From the human T2T-CHM13v2.0 reference genome, Homo sapiens, in NCBI RefSeq assembly GCF_009914755.1, contig NC_060936.1: a stretch of 64,000 bases of DNA, one strand, 5' to 3'. The notes beneath the pieces are model-generated. The model saw nothing but the letters and a program-made list of their open reading frames with translations, did not search any database and had not been told where the DNA came from. The translations under genes were made by a program, and so were the position numbers. Below, piece after piece: positions 13,349-27,312 of this stretch; position 1 is the stretch's first letter, and the number at the start of each line of letters is the position of its first letter.

Positions 13349-16300
13349 CTAGGTCCTCTAACCTTTGTAATGTGCCATTCAAGGGCTGGGTGTCATGCCT
13401 ATGTGATCCTTTGGAAATGTCTTAGAAACATTTTATTTTTGACCTTCTTACTTTGACTAGCATACATAAACTTCTAGGGGCAAAAGAGTCTTCTCTCTTC
13501 CCTGCCACTATTGCCTGCTAAGTGACTTACTGCCACCAGACATCATGTTAAAGAGCTTGGAACAATTAGTAAGAAAAATGACAACTGAGTATGATTAATT
13601 GTATAATTTGGGACTAGGCAAGTTTAAACCTTAAAACCGCTTTATGAAACTGGGAAAGTAGGAGGATCCGTGCTCAGTCTACTCACATCTGCCCAATACG
13701 CACATGTTAGGCACAGGGCCTGTTAACAACTCACCTTGCTGTTAATAAAAGCAACCCATGCAAACTATAATTTATGGATTTCTAAACATGGAGCTCACTT
13801 GTGGAAAACCTTGAACATGAAGGCTTTGTCACCCCAAAATCTACTTTCCACTTTGGGAAAACAAATGGAATTTTGTCCCTCAACAAAGCTCATTATTCTA
13901 CTTAAGAAGGGATGGTTAAGTAAAACTACTGCTTAACTTTAGAGTCTGTTTCAAATCACTATTATGTATTTGTGTAATTCAGCCCTTGATTTATATAAGC
14001 CACAGAAATATTCAAATAAATGAGCAAAAATTTCTCCTGTTATTTACCTAAAACCTGTTTTAAAGAAAGAAAATATATCAAGGCTCACATTTTTGCTCTG
14101 GTACTATAACTCAAAGATGATGATTTGAGATCTTCAAAATGAAGAGTTAGGTGCTTTAAAAATGAATGTAATGAATAATATTTAAATATGATTTAAATAT
14201 TTAAAGTTCAGGAGAGTTCTATGAAGAGCTTTTGATTTCTTTCCTATTCTAATCACTAACCAAATAAAATAAAAGCCTGATAAAGAAAAAACAAGTTATT
14301 AATAGTCCATACCAAACTCACACATTGAAATTAACACAAGGAATATAATGGTATAAATTCCTATTAACAGCTTATTAGAGTAAACCACAAAAATCCATGT
14401 TGGTGTTATTTCTAAATATTTTGAAAAAGCTCAGTTTCTTAGAAAATTTCCTACAAAATTATAAGATCTACATCAATGAACACTCATTATCGCACTTGGC
14501 TTGAGAAGTTTCACCAGAAAACTGCATCTCAGACACTGCAGTGCGACCGGATTCACACACTACCACACTGCCAAGCTGATTCACCATCTCAACAGCACAA
14601 AACGCTCTGGAGTGCAGAAGTTGGCTTTCAAAAACGGCTGGAAGCCCTTTTAAAGGCCTGAGTCAGAAGTATAAATAATTTCATAACCAAATACCATTAG
14701 AAAATCCTGTTGTGATAGATAAATACCCATGAATCACAGCTGTCTCTCAGCATGATAAGCCAGGCAACAACTAATTAGCTTCTTAGTAGCACATGAAGCT
14801 ACCTTTTAATAATAATGCTTCTTGAACAAGAAGGATTATGATGTTCTAATTTCATTTTGCAAATTATTGCTTTATCATCTCTAAAGAAATACTTTTAATA
14901 AAAAGAAACAGAGTCTGTCAAAGGAATCAGAATCCCTCGCTGTGGTTGTTTTGGTTTGGCTGTCTTGCTCAGGGCTGATATGTTTACATTTTTTCCAAAC
15001 AGTCAAGTATCTATGGTTACCAGGTTGTTAACAATTTAGAATTCAGTTTCTACTTTTTTCTAATAAGGCTTAAGACACTCAGAAAAGATGCTGGGAAACT
15101 TCAAAGTGTACAAAATACCAACATAAAATGCCTGTAACAGAAGAGTCAGGTTATAAGAAAGATTCTCTCTGTGGAGATAACTAGCAACGTCAATGGTCTA
15201 CAAACTTAAAGAGCTCTTAACATAGTATCACAAACATGTCATCAGCCTTTCAACTCAGTGAAGTCTCCCATGGCTAAAATGACCACTTCTGTTAGATTGC
15301 TTGAGAATCTTCTATCTGTCTATGTCCTTTTTCACTGGTAACATCCCAGTAGAGCCTGTATCACGTTTGTCTCTCCAAGCAGGACTACAAGCCTGTTAAT
15401 GGAATGATCAGATTTCACATATCTTCTGTACTATAAGTTGCCTAAGTGTCAAGCCTAAGGGCGTAGACTAAGTTATTGATTAATAAAAAGTTATTGATTA
15501 GTACTATGGAATGCATACACAAAACTATATTCTTTTAAACTAGTGTTAACTGATTGGTTTTAACTGATTGGTTTCCCTAATGATATTCATTAGGGAAAAT
15601 TTGGAAACTACAGGTAAGAAGCAAAGTGAATAAAAATCGCCTCTAATCACTCATAGATAACCACTGTTTAAATCTGTTTATAACTGTCAGTATTTTTTTC
15701 TACAAATCTATAGTTTTCACTCATACAGCATTTTCCTTCTCTTTAAAATATTCTTTTCCAAAAATGGTCTCAAACTTCCTACATAAGCTAGGCAGGTACC
15801 ACAAATATAGGAGACCAACTGAGTGGAAGATATTAAGCTGCTTGCATAACAACTAAGGTACAACACACTCCACAGGCCAAAAAAAACAAACAAAAAAAAA
15901 ACAAAACAAACAACAAAAAAAAACACCAGCCAAACAAAACACATCTCTACAGAGCCACATACAACAAACCCTGGTTTGGCACCCTTATAGTACAAAATCA
16001 TTTTAAATAACAGTATAATATTCCAATACTAAGATATAACTTATGTAACCATTCCCTTCTTATTCCATACTAGATTCTTACATACACATTAGAATGGGAA
16101 GCCTGTAACTTTCAGATACTGGAAATAAGTTCTGCTTTTTGGAGAGAGTATTCATCAATTAAATTAAGTTTAAGAATAGTAGTGTTATAAAGAGAACAAC
16201 ACTGGATGAGAAAGGCCAGGGAAAAACACAGAGAAAGAAAGAATTTCTTGACTGGAAGTGATGGCAAAATAAGAAATTGATATTCAAGAAATTTCCTAAA

Positions 16301-16799
16301 ATAGATTTAAGAGGTTATAAAAACATGGGAAAGATCACTGTATGAAGTGCTACATAAGCAGAAGCAGTATGCATTTCCACCTGAAAAGTGGAATGCACAA
16401 AGGTTAATAAGAAATCAATATGCTTTCCCCAAGGCAGTGAATTTAACAAGCAACAGCATAAGTGGTGTTTTGTCATATTTAACTCTATGTGACATCTAGA
16501 GGCAAATGTTCTAAGAACAACAGTGTGGCCTAAATCAGAGCTAAAAGGACGTGAATCACCTGAATACAGATGATAATTGCATAGGTGTCAATGAAATGCA
16601 CAAGGAATATGTACAGAATATGACTAGCCCAGGACTAGAATTTAGCTATAGAAATGCTCATACAATAAAGGGCTGAGGAGTAAAATAGAATAAACTATTG
16701 AAGGAAATACTAGAGTTGCAAAATAATAAATGAACACAGTCTCCACCATTTTTTCAAGCTGTTCTTTTTATAAGATGATTTGACCTTGCCTAAAAAGCA

Positions 16800-16881
16800 G
16801 AACCCGGGAGGTGGAGCTTGCAGTGAGTCGAGATCGCGCCATTGCACTGCAGCCTGGGTGACAGAGCGAGACTTCGTGTCA

Positions 16882-16910
<29 letters not shown>
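16800..16910 (+). mobile_element. 5'-truncated AluY
   Basis: AluY-diagnostic GGAGCTTGCAGTGAG; TSD AAAAAGCAGAA at 16792-16802 and 16908-16918. Confidence 0.9.
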
Positions 16911-16912
<2 letters not shown>

Positions 16913-17943
16913 GCAGAAACGAAGAGCCATGAGGAGGGAATCAAATAAAAAGACAATAGACTAAAATTAAATAGGGAAATGAGTAGCATAAGGAAGGACT
17001 GTAAAAACACACGAATTTAATAGCAGAATACATAATAATAACAAAAGTAAACCCCATACTGGACACAGTAAAGAGTAGAAATGAAGCTGTGTGAAGTCTG
17101 AATCAGAAGTATAGAACATCAATTTAATATGCTCTCCATGAGCAGAAAGCAAAGGAAATTGCAATGATAAAAGATATTGTTGAAAAAGAAACCATTATAA
17201 GAAAAATAAATGAACTCAGGTATGGGTGCTAAAGCTGGAAACATCCTATACAATTTTCTGATTTGCAAGGTTAATAAAAATTGATTTAAAAAAAATTTAT
17301 GGGTGGGGCAGGAAGAAAAAACAGCTTGTCCATAAAGTAATAAAAAGTAGGTAATATGAAATGACATAGAGCAACAACTGCAGATATTTGAGGAAAAATT
17401 ATTGTGACTCGAGTGTTTTATTTAATATTTTACTTAATTTGGACTACAGAAATCCAGGTAAATGGGTACACTGCTGAGCGTTTCCTTAACCATTTTTCCA
17501 GTGGTTCTATTTTCTTAGTTCTAAGTAACATATTTCTTGAGCTACACTGATAGAATTTCTTGACCTCTCTGATATCAACTTCAAAGCATTAACTGGTCTT
17601 TTTCTGTTCTAGCATGTGATAACAATGGCTAAGAATTTTACGCAGTTGGAACACTATGCCTGAATAATTTTTACACAAAAATTTCTGCTTATTTTTTCAA
17701 CTTTCAAAGAAGCACAGTTTATAGGGCAACATAATGTCCACCTTAATTACCAAAGATCTCTGTTAATTCTTTCCTGTGTCTGAAACTTAGACTGAATGGA
17801 CCTGGCCTTTGAATTTTTAAGTGGTAAAAATAATAAAAGCCACCCACCAACGGATATTATCTTCATCAACCACTTACAATATTATCTTTCCATCTAGGGC
17901 ATACAAATGTCCCTATGCTGCTTACACTTGAAAATTTCTCTCC

Positions 17944-17995
<52 letters not shown>
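17944..17995 (+). repeat. (AGAT)13 tetranucleotide STR
   Basis: Perfect 52-bp array. Confidence 0.97.
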
Positions 17996-19287
17996 TGATT
18001 TACTATATATATTTTACTATAAATATATAGTAAAAACTTAACGAAGTAAACATGCAGAAGAAAAAGGCATGTTTTTAAGATCTACAAACAATGTCACATA
18101 ACTTGTTTTCCCAGGGTCTTCGATGATAATCCATGGCAATCATAGTCCTCTAACTATAGTCAGTTTTCCAATGTTTGAGGAAAAACACAGCCAAATTAAC
18201 CTTCACTTTCCCTTATTTTATAACTATAAAATAGGGAATTATTTTCTACATGCATACCTTTTGCACTTGATCTTCCAAGATACTTTTAAATTAGAAAATA
18301 GAAAAGTTTGTTACAGAGCAATGAGAAGAATTAGAAATTGCATTCCTAAAATGAAACAAAAAGTCTGTTTTTTGGAGCTCTAGTTCTGTATCACCTGGCT
18401 TTCATCATAAAGCTAGATCTCACTAAAGATAAAAGGGAATGGACTGAAAAAAAAGAGAGGGAACGTCATTTGATTCTCTTTACTATGCAGCCAAAATTAT
18501 TTTAATGGACTTAATCAATTTCATATTTTGTTCTTCAGTAAACCAGCTATATACATGTAACTCCAAATTGCTTAGTTCTTTGAAATGGCAGGCACTAATT
18601 ATGGTGAAACATTTTACAACATTTGAACAAACTTTTTCCTGTAGGGCTGAAAAAGATTATATAGCTACCTAACATTTACGAAGGGTGATAAGCAAGATGC
18701 CGTAACTATGGCTCATAATATTCTGAGAAACAGACTCTACATTATATGACAAACACTTCATGAACGAGTCAGATGACTGTGAAAAGGGCAGTATCATCTC
18801 TCTTAGGCTGGCTTTAGAACAAGTTGATTAAAATAAACCCATGTATTACTCTCCATGGCTAATAAACATCTTTTCACTCTACTTGTAGATCTAGTGGCAG
18901 CTGTGACTCAGCCAACAGAGCCTAGCTCTTGTACAAATTAGCTGGCATGAATGCTGGCATTATCACTTATTTCTGCTGCAGTAACTCTGAGACACTGACA
19001 CAGCCAGAATAGAGGTAGTGATTTTCTTTGACATATGATGAGGTAATATAACTTTTGGCACTGCTGCTACTCAATGATTTGATTGTAAAACACCTAGCTC
19101 CATTGTCTTATCCCTTTTTATTAGATTTTTACAAACTCTCCATCTACAAGTATGCTAATGGCACATTTCAATACATTTCATTTATACAGAGTCAATACCC
19201 TATGCCAGAGGAGACAGAGGAAGTAGATGGAAAACTGGATGACAGATAGATAAGATAGACATATAGATAGATAAAACAGATACACAT

Positions 19288-20060
19288 TGAGTATGGAAAA
19301 CCTTAAACTATTTTTCCTCTGCTCTCACACCACAACAATCAACTTCTGACCAATCAGCTTCATGCTGGTGTTCCCAAACTCCCCCTTTAGGTTTGATTTC
19401 TTTGCTAGAGCAGCTCACAGAACTCAGGGAAAGTTGTTTACTGGTTTGTTCTAAAGGATATGATGAAGGATATAGATGAAGAAATACATAGGACAATGTA
19501 TGGGGAAGGAGCACGGAGCTTCCATGCCCTTCCTGAATGTGCCACCCTCCAGGAACCTCCATGTGTTCAGCTAGTTTCCTGGGCCTTTTATGGAGACTTC
19601 ATTGAAAAGGCATGATTGAAGCATAGATAACCATATCAAAATGTGATCGGACAAAAAGGGTATGACCTTACACTAACAGAATGAATGAGGAAACCCAGAA
19701 AGGCCTGTTAGATTCTTCTTGACCCTTCTGTGTGGCATTCCTTCCTCCAAGGGTATAGGGAGGATGCTCTCTGGACTGGGGGCCTTATAATCCACAATGG
19801 AAGATTAGAGTCCTGTCTTGGACAGTGAAAGGAGATCAAGAGAAGGCCAGGGAGAGAGAGATTCTGTTTCCTGATCCTACTTCTGGGGCCCAAAGGGCCC
19901 CAATATTATTTTAAAAAGACTGTAACAAAGGTCTATGGGAGTTGTAAGCCAGAAATTGTGGATGAAAATCTATATTAATGGACGGATGGATGGATGGATG
20001 CATGGATGGATGGATGGATGGATGGATGGATGCATCGATGGACAGACAGCTCATATCACA
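19288..20060 (-). mobile_element. MER21-family solo LTR containing an internal (GGAT)n array
   Basis: The minus strand begins TGTGATATG (20060) and ends TTTTCCATACTCA. It shares the motif CTGAGTTCTGTGAGCTGCTCTAGCAAA with the LTR at 44.6 kb. Flanks CACAT and GACAT are a possible TSD. Confidence 0.75.
19978..20042 (+). repeat. Imperfect (GGAT)n microsatellite
   Basis: Seen directly. Confidence 0.93.
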
Positions 20061-20519
20061 GACATATAGTAACACAGACATATAGACAGATGTGGAAGGA
20101 TGATGAATGGATGACAGGTAAATAACATATGATAGGTATATGGCTAAAGATAATTTACATTCATTTTCAAAGGGCTGACTTTAACTTGATGAAAACTACT
20201 TAAATAAGTAGCAGTAAATGCAAAAACTTGAAAACCTTCTTTTGTTACATTTGTCATGGCAAGTTGTAAAGGATCCCCAAAATCCTAAGGTTTTCTTTCT
20301 TTAGGTATGTTCAACCTTAAGCTTGTGTGTTTATCTTCATACTTATGGAAAGGGATCAGAAATCAACGCAGAAAGGAAAATTCCCATGTACACTGGGTTG
20401 TTTTTTTGCTTTAGCTTTTGTTTTTGTTTTAAATACAAAAGTAGGAAACAAGAAATAATCGCTTTACTTTGGGCATACTCAATATTCTCACTGCTGCTAG
20501 AATTTCTTTATTAAACCAC

Positions 20520-22070
20520 AGCTGACTTTTCAACAGTAACAATGGAACCCAGAAAACAGTAAAATAGTATCCTCATTGCACAATCAACTTAGTTTCTAGT
20601 CCAACAGAAAAAAGTATCTTTCAAGAACAAGGGCAAAATTCCTAAATAAGGAAATTCTGAAAGTGTATTTTAGATAAACATTGATCCCAAATGGATAGTG
20701 CAAGAATAAAGATGCAGGAAGAAATCAAGAGCATAGAAAATGATAAAGATGTAGAAAATAAATTTTAAAGTCATTAACAGTTATCTTGTGGTGCATAAAT
20801 GCAAGCTCAAGAGAAGAGAATCAAAAGACATGACAACAATAGAACTAAAATTGGGAGAAGGTTAAAGAAAGTTAATGTGCTTTAAGTTGCATATATTATT
20901 CAGAATAAAGATAAAGATATTATGTAACTTCAGATTTTGTTATGTTAAATATGTATGAGTAAAATTTCAGTGGCAACTACTAAAAATACATGCAAATACA
21001 ACTTCCAAACTACTTGAGAAAAAATTGTATGAAAAAATATATATACACACACAAGCAAGGCAATTCAAAAAGGCAAAAAGGAGAGAAGCAGCAGCATAAA
21101 TAAGCTGGGAAAGAAAAGGCAACAGAAAATGGTAGATCTAATACATATAAATGAATCAAATGTACCAAGTAAAAAGAAGGGCAATCAGTCTGGACTTAAA
21201 ATTTATACTTTAGTCTTGTGCAGGAAACATAACTTAAAATGATAGGAACAAGACTAAAAGCAAAAGGATAAAAAACAAACAGAGAAAAGTCTAAACAAAA
21301 GAAAGTGAAGATAGCCATATTAATCCAGACAACATAAACATTGAGGCAAAAAACATAACTAGAAATATAGAGGGTCATTCTGGGAAAGAAACACAATCAA
21401 AAATAATACAAAGTTCTAAAAGTACAGTGTAACAACTATGTACACAGCATTTACATTCTATTAGGCACGGCAAGTAATCTAGAGATGATTTAAGGTACAC
21501 TGAAGCATAGGTGTTGGACATATGCCAATACTATACCATTTTATACAAGGGAATTGAACGTCCACAGAATTTGGTGTCCACACAAGTGGGGTCGTGAACC
21601 CAATCCCCCATGAACATCAAAAGATGACTGTACTTTCCAAATTGACATACAGATTTAATACAGTTGACATCAAAACCCAAATGAGTTTGTGGGGGTTTTC
21701 AAATTTGACAATCCAAAAAAAAAAAAAGGAAATTTAAAAGTTGATCCTTGCTGGAAGGACAATGGGCCAAGATTAGTCACTACTCTTGAAAAATAAAGGA
21801 GGACTTCTTCCCCATATCGAGATTTATTATATGCTACTATAATAAACACAGTATATACAGAAAAAGAAAGGCCATTAGAACAGAATAGAAAACCCAGAAT
21901 GAGACACACCCACACATCAGCCCTTGACATACAACAGAACAGCTACTGTAGATCAGGGGGGAAAGATGGACCTTTTAATAAATGGTGGTGAGACAACTGG
22001 GTATCCATGTGTAAAAAAATAAAATTGAACCCCTACTTCTTATTACATACAAAAGTCAATTGTTAAAAAT
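20520..22070 (+). mobile_element. Old L1M (L1ME-like) fragments interrupted by MER2
   Basis: A-rich L1-like segments: endonuclease-like ATAGCCATATTAATCCAGACAACATAAAC and ORF2-like AATAAATGGTGGTGAGACAACTGGGTATCCA. Confidence 0.65.
21410..21630 (+). mobile_element. MER2 (TcMar-Tigger) 3' part
   Basis: CATTTACATTCTATTAGG...AATCTAGAGATGATTTAAGG...CAATCCCCCATG...GATGACTG followed by TA. Confidence 0.8.
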
Positions 22071-22845
22071 TGATGTGTTAAAAAATACATACCAAAAATA
22101 AGCTTATTAAGTTTTTAAGAGATCAGATAGGTGGTCTTGTGAGGCTACAGTTTTATAATGAGAAATCCTGCAATCTTCAATTTAATCTGCCCTAGCTGAT
22201 GGTAGAGGATAGTCCCCTGAGCAGAAATCAAGATTATTATTCATGAAAAAAACTAAATTTCTTACTTTCTTATTTTTGTAGCTTCAGGGGAAAAAAAAAA
22301 TCCCAAAACCTCAAAAGATCCATCACTTGTGAACATGGATACTGATGTAAAGAAGTACTAATTATTTGCTCATAATGCAAAACAGAAAAAAAAGCATATA
22401 TATCTGAGGACTATCAGGAAAAAATAGAAGAAGACGTTTGTAACTTAAAACATCAACTCTCTAAGATATTTTAGGAGTACTTTCAGCAGAGAAATCAATG
22501 TCTAAACTAAGTTTTACTGCATTGTATAAGCTTCCATATTTCTAGAAGAAAATTATACTGAGTTTCCATGTTTAAAAGAAAAGTAATAAGCTCTTGGAAA
22601 AAAAATTAAAGGGTTTACTATAAACATCCAAATTAAAGTTGTAGGAGAAAATTTTCCTCAAATCTTCGAGGGTGACATTAACATTAATTATGCTCTAAAT
22701 TTAGAGGAAAGTGTTCCTTTTGAAAGACTGATTTACTACCCTGCTTTATCTATCTTTATGAGAACTTGGTGATGGAAGAATAAGGAGCCATTATAGCTCA
22801 CATTTTAAGTGACATTGACCAAAAAAGTTAATAGCAAGCTAGCCA

Positions 22846-23053
22846 CTATAAATACCATTTTTCTGGTATCTATTTTACAAGTTGTTTTATATAGCTACCC
22901 CTTCATTAATGCTTCTATAAATATCATTTATCCAGCATCTATTTTTACAAGTTATTTTATATAGATACCCCTTCATTAATGATTCTATTAATACCATTTT
23001 CCGGTATCTATTTTACAACTTATTTTATATAGATACGCCCTCATTAATGCCTC
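22846..23053 (+). repeat. Minisatellite, 3 copies of about 69 bp
   Basis: Units start at 22846, 22915 and 22985 (CTATAAATACCATTT...TATTTTACAAGTT...TTCATTAATG). Confidence 0.92.
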
Positions 23054-23865
23054 CAATCAACTTTTTGTTTTATCCCTAGAAATGGGACAAATCCATACAT
23101 TTCAATAACTAAAAATCTCCCAGTGAAGTTTATTTGTCAGTTACTGATTATTCCACAACTTGTGACATTTCCGTTTTGAAGATAAAGGATAGACAGAAAA
23201 ACCAGTTACAGGACTACTTTCTTTCACAAGGAGTGAAAGAAACTTTCACAAACAACCTGCCCCAATATTTACTTGAAATCCAAATTAGTTTTCCTTTGAC
23301 AGACAGGGGAACAAGGAGATATTCCTGCCAACAATTCATCGAAGCATAATGCCTACATCTAAATTAGTAAAAAAAAAAAACTGAAGAAAAAAAAAAGCAG
23401 CTGCTATGTCTCTATTCAGAATCACACAGCAGCTGTGAAAGCAGTTTCATTCTTCCACTTCCAAGTCAATGCATCAAAACCCTTGCCCAGAAGTGTGCCA
23501 GCAACTACCACACTAATTGCAAAATTGCCATAGCAATGAAATGACAATAGCCATGCACGTTCATTTGGATGACCAAGCCGGGGCTATTTATAACCGGAAG
23601 AATGACTCCAACAAGAAAGTCATAGAGGACGGACTAATTAAGGTGTGCAAATCCAAATATGTTAAAGACTTGACTTCATGTTTTATTCAGCTTACCCCAG
23701 AAAAATGTTGACTATAATCTCATTAACTATTTTTTACTTTTTAAAAAAACCAAACATCAGTTCTTACACAAAATATATCAAACTTCGAATTATTTTTCTC
23801 CAGTGATTTTTGTATGAGAATTCTTCAGTACCAATTATAAATATCATTTAAAATATAAAATATAT

Positions 23866-24157
23866 GGCCAGGCATGGTGACTCATGCCTGTAATCCCAGC
23901 ACTTTCAGAGGCCAAGATGAGAGGATCGCTTCAAGCCAGGAGTTTGAGATCAGCCTGGGCAACACAGTAAGAACCTGTCTGTATAAAACATTTTTTAAAA
24001 TTAGCCAAGCACAGTGGGGCACACCTGTGATCCCAGCTACTCAGGCAGCTGTGTCAGGATGATCACTTGAGTCCGCAAGTTCAAGGCTGCAGTGAGCTAT
24101 AATCGCTCCACTGTACTCCAGCCTGGGTGACAAAGAGAGAGTGCCCTGTCTCTAAAA
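23866..24157 (+). mobile_element. AluJ, followed by a (TA)/(CA)-rich tract
   Basis: AluJ-type GGATGATCACTTGAG...TTCAAGGCTGCAGTGAGCTATAATCG. Confidence 0.92.
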
Positions 24158-25199
24158 TATATATATTATATTATGTGTATTGTGTATACATATATATTAA
24201 TATGTATACTCACGCATACATACACACATACCCTTAATCCATTTGTCACAAGAAAGTGGACTTAACTTTTTAACATATAAGTTTCAAAAATAAATAGTAA
24301 ACATTATTTTGATATATTTCAATGTAAATAAAAATACCTAATATGGAGTCATTATTTATTGATAAAAGAAGGAAAGAATAAAAATGACAATAATCTCTGA
24401 AATAGACTAACAGACTCCCACAGTGCAAGGAAATTCTTTTTAAAATCAAGGGAACTTCATTCCAAGTAAGTGTCCCACAGTGTTCTTCTGCCTTCTTAAA
24501 ATTACCAAAATCAGAATCCTTCACAGGCAAGCTACATCTCATAGGAAAAGCTCAGTAGACTGACTTTCCACCATAACAAATAGAGCAAAATATTTCATCA
24601 AAATTGTTACTGTTTCCATCAAGGATGCTGTTCAAGGCTATCACAAAAGACTAAGTATTAGTGGTGAGAAGCAACAGCAAAAATCACAGTGAATCATTAG
24701 TTATAGTACTAGAAATCCTGCAAAAACCTGTAACTGATGGTTAATTAATTAAATCAAACCTTATCAAATAAAAATTCAATCTAAAAATTGATCATTTCAA
24801 AGAAAAATTATTTTTTCTTAAAACTGAATAATACTGATTAAAAGGAGCATTTAAAAACTAAATATTGATATCCTTAAGTGATGCAGCAAAACAATCCCAG
24901 TTTTTTTATTTCTAATTCGTTCAGCAAATACTGTATATACTGATACCAGAAAGTTATACTTATCTTGAAAAGCTTAAATTTTAGATACTAAAAAAATGAG
25001 ATAGAACAGCAATATTAAAGTGAGATCAGAAAGCAAAATGAAGGTAACTCCAGTCCACAGGAGGCTACCTGAACAGGAATATCGACATGAAAATAAATTG
25101 CTGAGAGTACACAATAATTATGGATTATTCTGGCTGTGTTAATAACTTACTCAAATCTCTCTGCTACCCTGTACAATCTGCCCTTTTATAAACTATTGT

Positions 25200-25504
25200 T
25201 GCCAGGCATGGTGGCTCACACCTATCTTATAATCCCAACACTTTGGAAAGCCAAGGCAGAAGGATTGCCTGAGCTCAGGAGTTCCAGACCAGCCTGGGCA
25301 ACATAGTGAAACCTCATCTTTATAAGAAAAAAAAAAAAAACTAGCTGGGCATGGTAGTGCATGCCTGTAGTCCTAGCTACTCAGGAGGCTGAGGCAAGAG
25401 GATCACTTGAGCCCAGGAGGTCAAGGCTGCAGTGAGCTGTGATCATATCACTGCACTCCAGCCTGGGCAACAGAATGAGACTGTCTCAAACAAACAAACA
25501 AAAA
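25200..25504 (+). mobile_element. AluJ
   Basis: GAGGATCACTTGAGCCCAGGAGGTCAAGGCTGCAGTGAGC. Confidence 0.93.
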
Positions 25505-27097
25505 TTATTAGCTGTCATCTAAGACTCTACAAATGTTCTATATGGCTTGGACACCTTATAACTTCTCTACCACAACCTGAAGTGACCCAAAGGGCCAATT
25601 ATTTTCAGAGGATACAAATATTCTATTGTGATACTTTATTACAAAACATAACCACAATGGAGATAAGGTGAGTCAGGAGCTAAACAATAATTTCTTAAAT
25701 ACCTACCATGAGGCAGGTTTTACATAAGTGTTTTATTTCAAAGTCTCACAAAAGCACGTTGAAATAGTTATTGTTAGCCCCATTTTACAACCAGCTATAA
25801 CATCACAAGTGTGACAAAACATCCAAGGTCACACAGCCAGTAAATGGCAAGACTGTCTAATCCTAATATTCATGTTTATGTGGCTAAACAGTCCCTCTAA
25901 AAGTATTTATACTTGGCACACTTTTCAAAAAGCTTTAGAAAACTTACACATTCAAAGCAACTTAAGAAACACACACATATTAAACAGAGCATCCTAATCG
26001 AAGTAACTAAATGTAGAGGTTTGAGATTAAATATTTATAAATTTAACTTTGAGTCCCTGGAACCTACCACTCTCTCCAGGCAAAGAGGTCAACCAGAAAG
26101 CTTCAGGCCTGCATCTCATGATGTATAATGCAATGAGTGAAAGAACAAACTGTACTGAGTATAACATTCAGTAAATGGCCCCAAAGCTAGCTATAAAACA
26201 AACCCACACATATTCTTGCTAGTTCTACTTATCTAAAACGTCACTATCCTAAAGGAAAATTGAGTAGTACATCAATGTCTGGTCAGAGAAATAACATGCA
26301 CTTTTAAAGAAAGCGATAAAGCATTAAAGACTATCAGCTCCTTCAGACTCTGCCTAATATTCACTAGGAAAAGATGTCCCACTATGTTCTAGAGGTAGAA
26401 TTAAGATATAAATAAGCAATAATAATCCATCACTTATTCCGAAAATGTTTCACACATAACCAGAATAAAATGCCATGCCTACATATAAAATGTAAAATAC
26501 AAGGAACTGAGTGATGTAGCTGGAGACAAAAAAGTACAGTTAATAAAAACACATAATTATGATGATGCATAATGTGGTAAGTGTACTCCTATGGATAAGA
26601 AAGACTCATGAGTTCATTCATAAGAGGCGGAAGATTGCTTTGGGTTTGTCAGGCAGTTTCATGAACTAAGCTTGCAAGTTAAAATGAAGTAAGTCAATGA
26701 AAGGAAAATTAAGTCTTCATGAAAAGATAACAGAGCCACATAACTATCAAAAGCTAAATCTCAAAGTTGACAAAAAGCTTTTTTTCTCAAATTATGAGAT
26801 TTAAAAATCTTAAGGACTTAGTTTTACAATTCTTAGGGAAACTAATTTAAATAAATTCAAAGTAAATCATATATGTTATGTGGCATATAGACAGAACATG
26901 TTTGAATTTCAATAACGAACAATATTCGAGTTGCAGGTCTGCCACTTACACTTCATATGTAACCATGGGAAAATGACTTACCTGGTTCCCGGTGTACAAA
27001 ACTGCAAATCGAGGGTGATACCAAGAGGCTTTAGGATTCAGTTAGCTAATGTACAGGATGCATGAGGAAAGCATAAGTGCTAGTTTACTATATAAAT

Positions 27098-27312
27098 TCT
27101 TATTTATTTATTTTTAAGCAATAGGGTCCTTCGCTGTGCTCAGGCTGGAGTACAGTGGTGCAATCACAGGTCACTGCAGCCTTGAACCCCTGGGCTCAAG
27201 TGATCCTCCCACCTCAGCCTCCTGAGTAGATAGGGCTACAGTCACGTGCCACCACGCCTGGCTAATTTTTTAATTTTTTATTTTGGTAGAAATGGGGTCT
27301 CACTTTGTTGCT
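27098..27312 (-). mobile_element. AluJ, truncated
   Basis: Right monomer plus the start of the left monomer. Confidence 0.88.

Noticed and set aside
14480-14660. Mildly GC/CpG-enriched unique stretch as an enhancer or exon
   Set aside because: Only NFI half-sites and no convincing splice-site pair; it cannot be supported from sequence alone.
16150-17420. Very old L1/HAL1-like A-rich segment
   Set aside because: Too degenerate to assign a family or boundaries by eye.
22846-23053. CRISPR-like array (also considered for 47749-47840)
   Set aside because: Head-to-tail tandem units with no unique spacers and no cas genes, in primate DNA.
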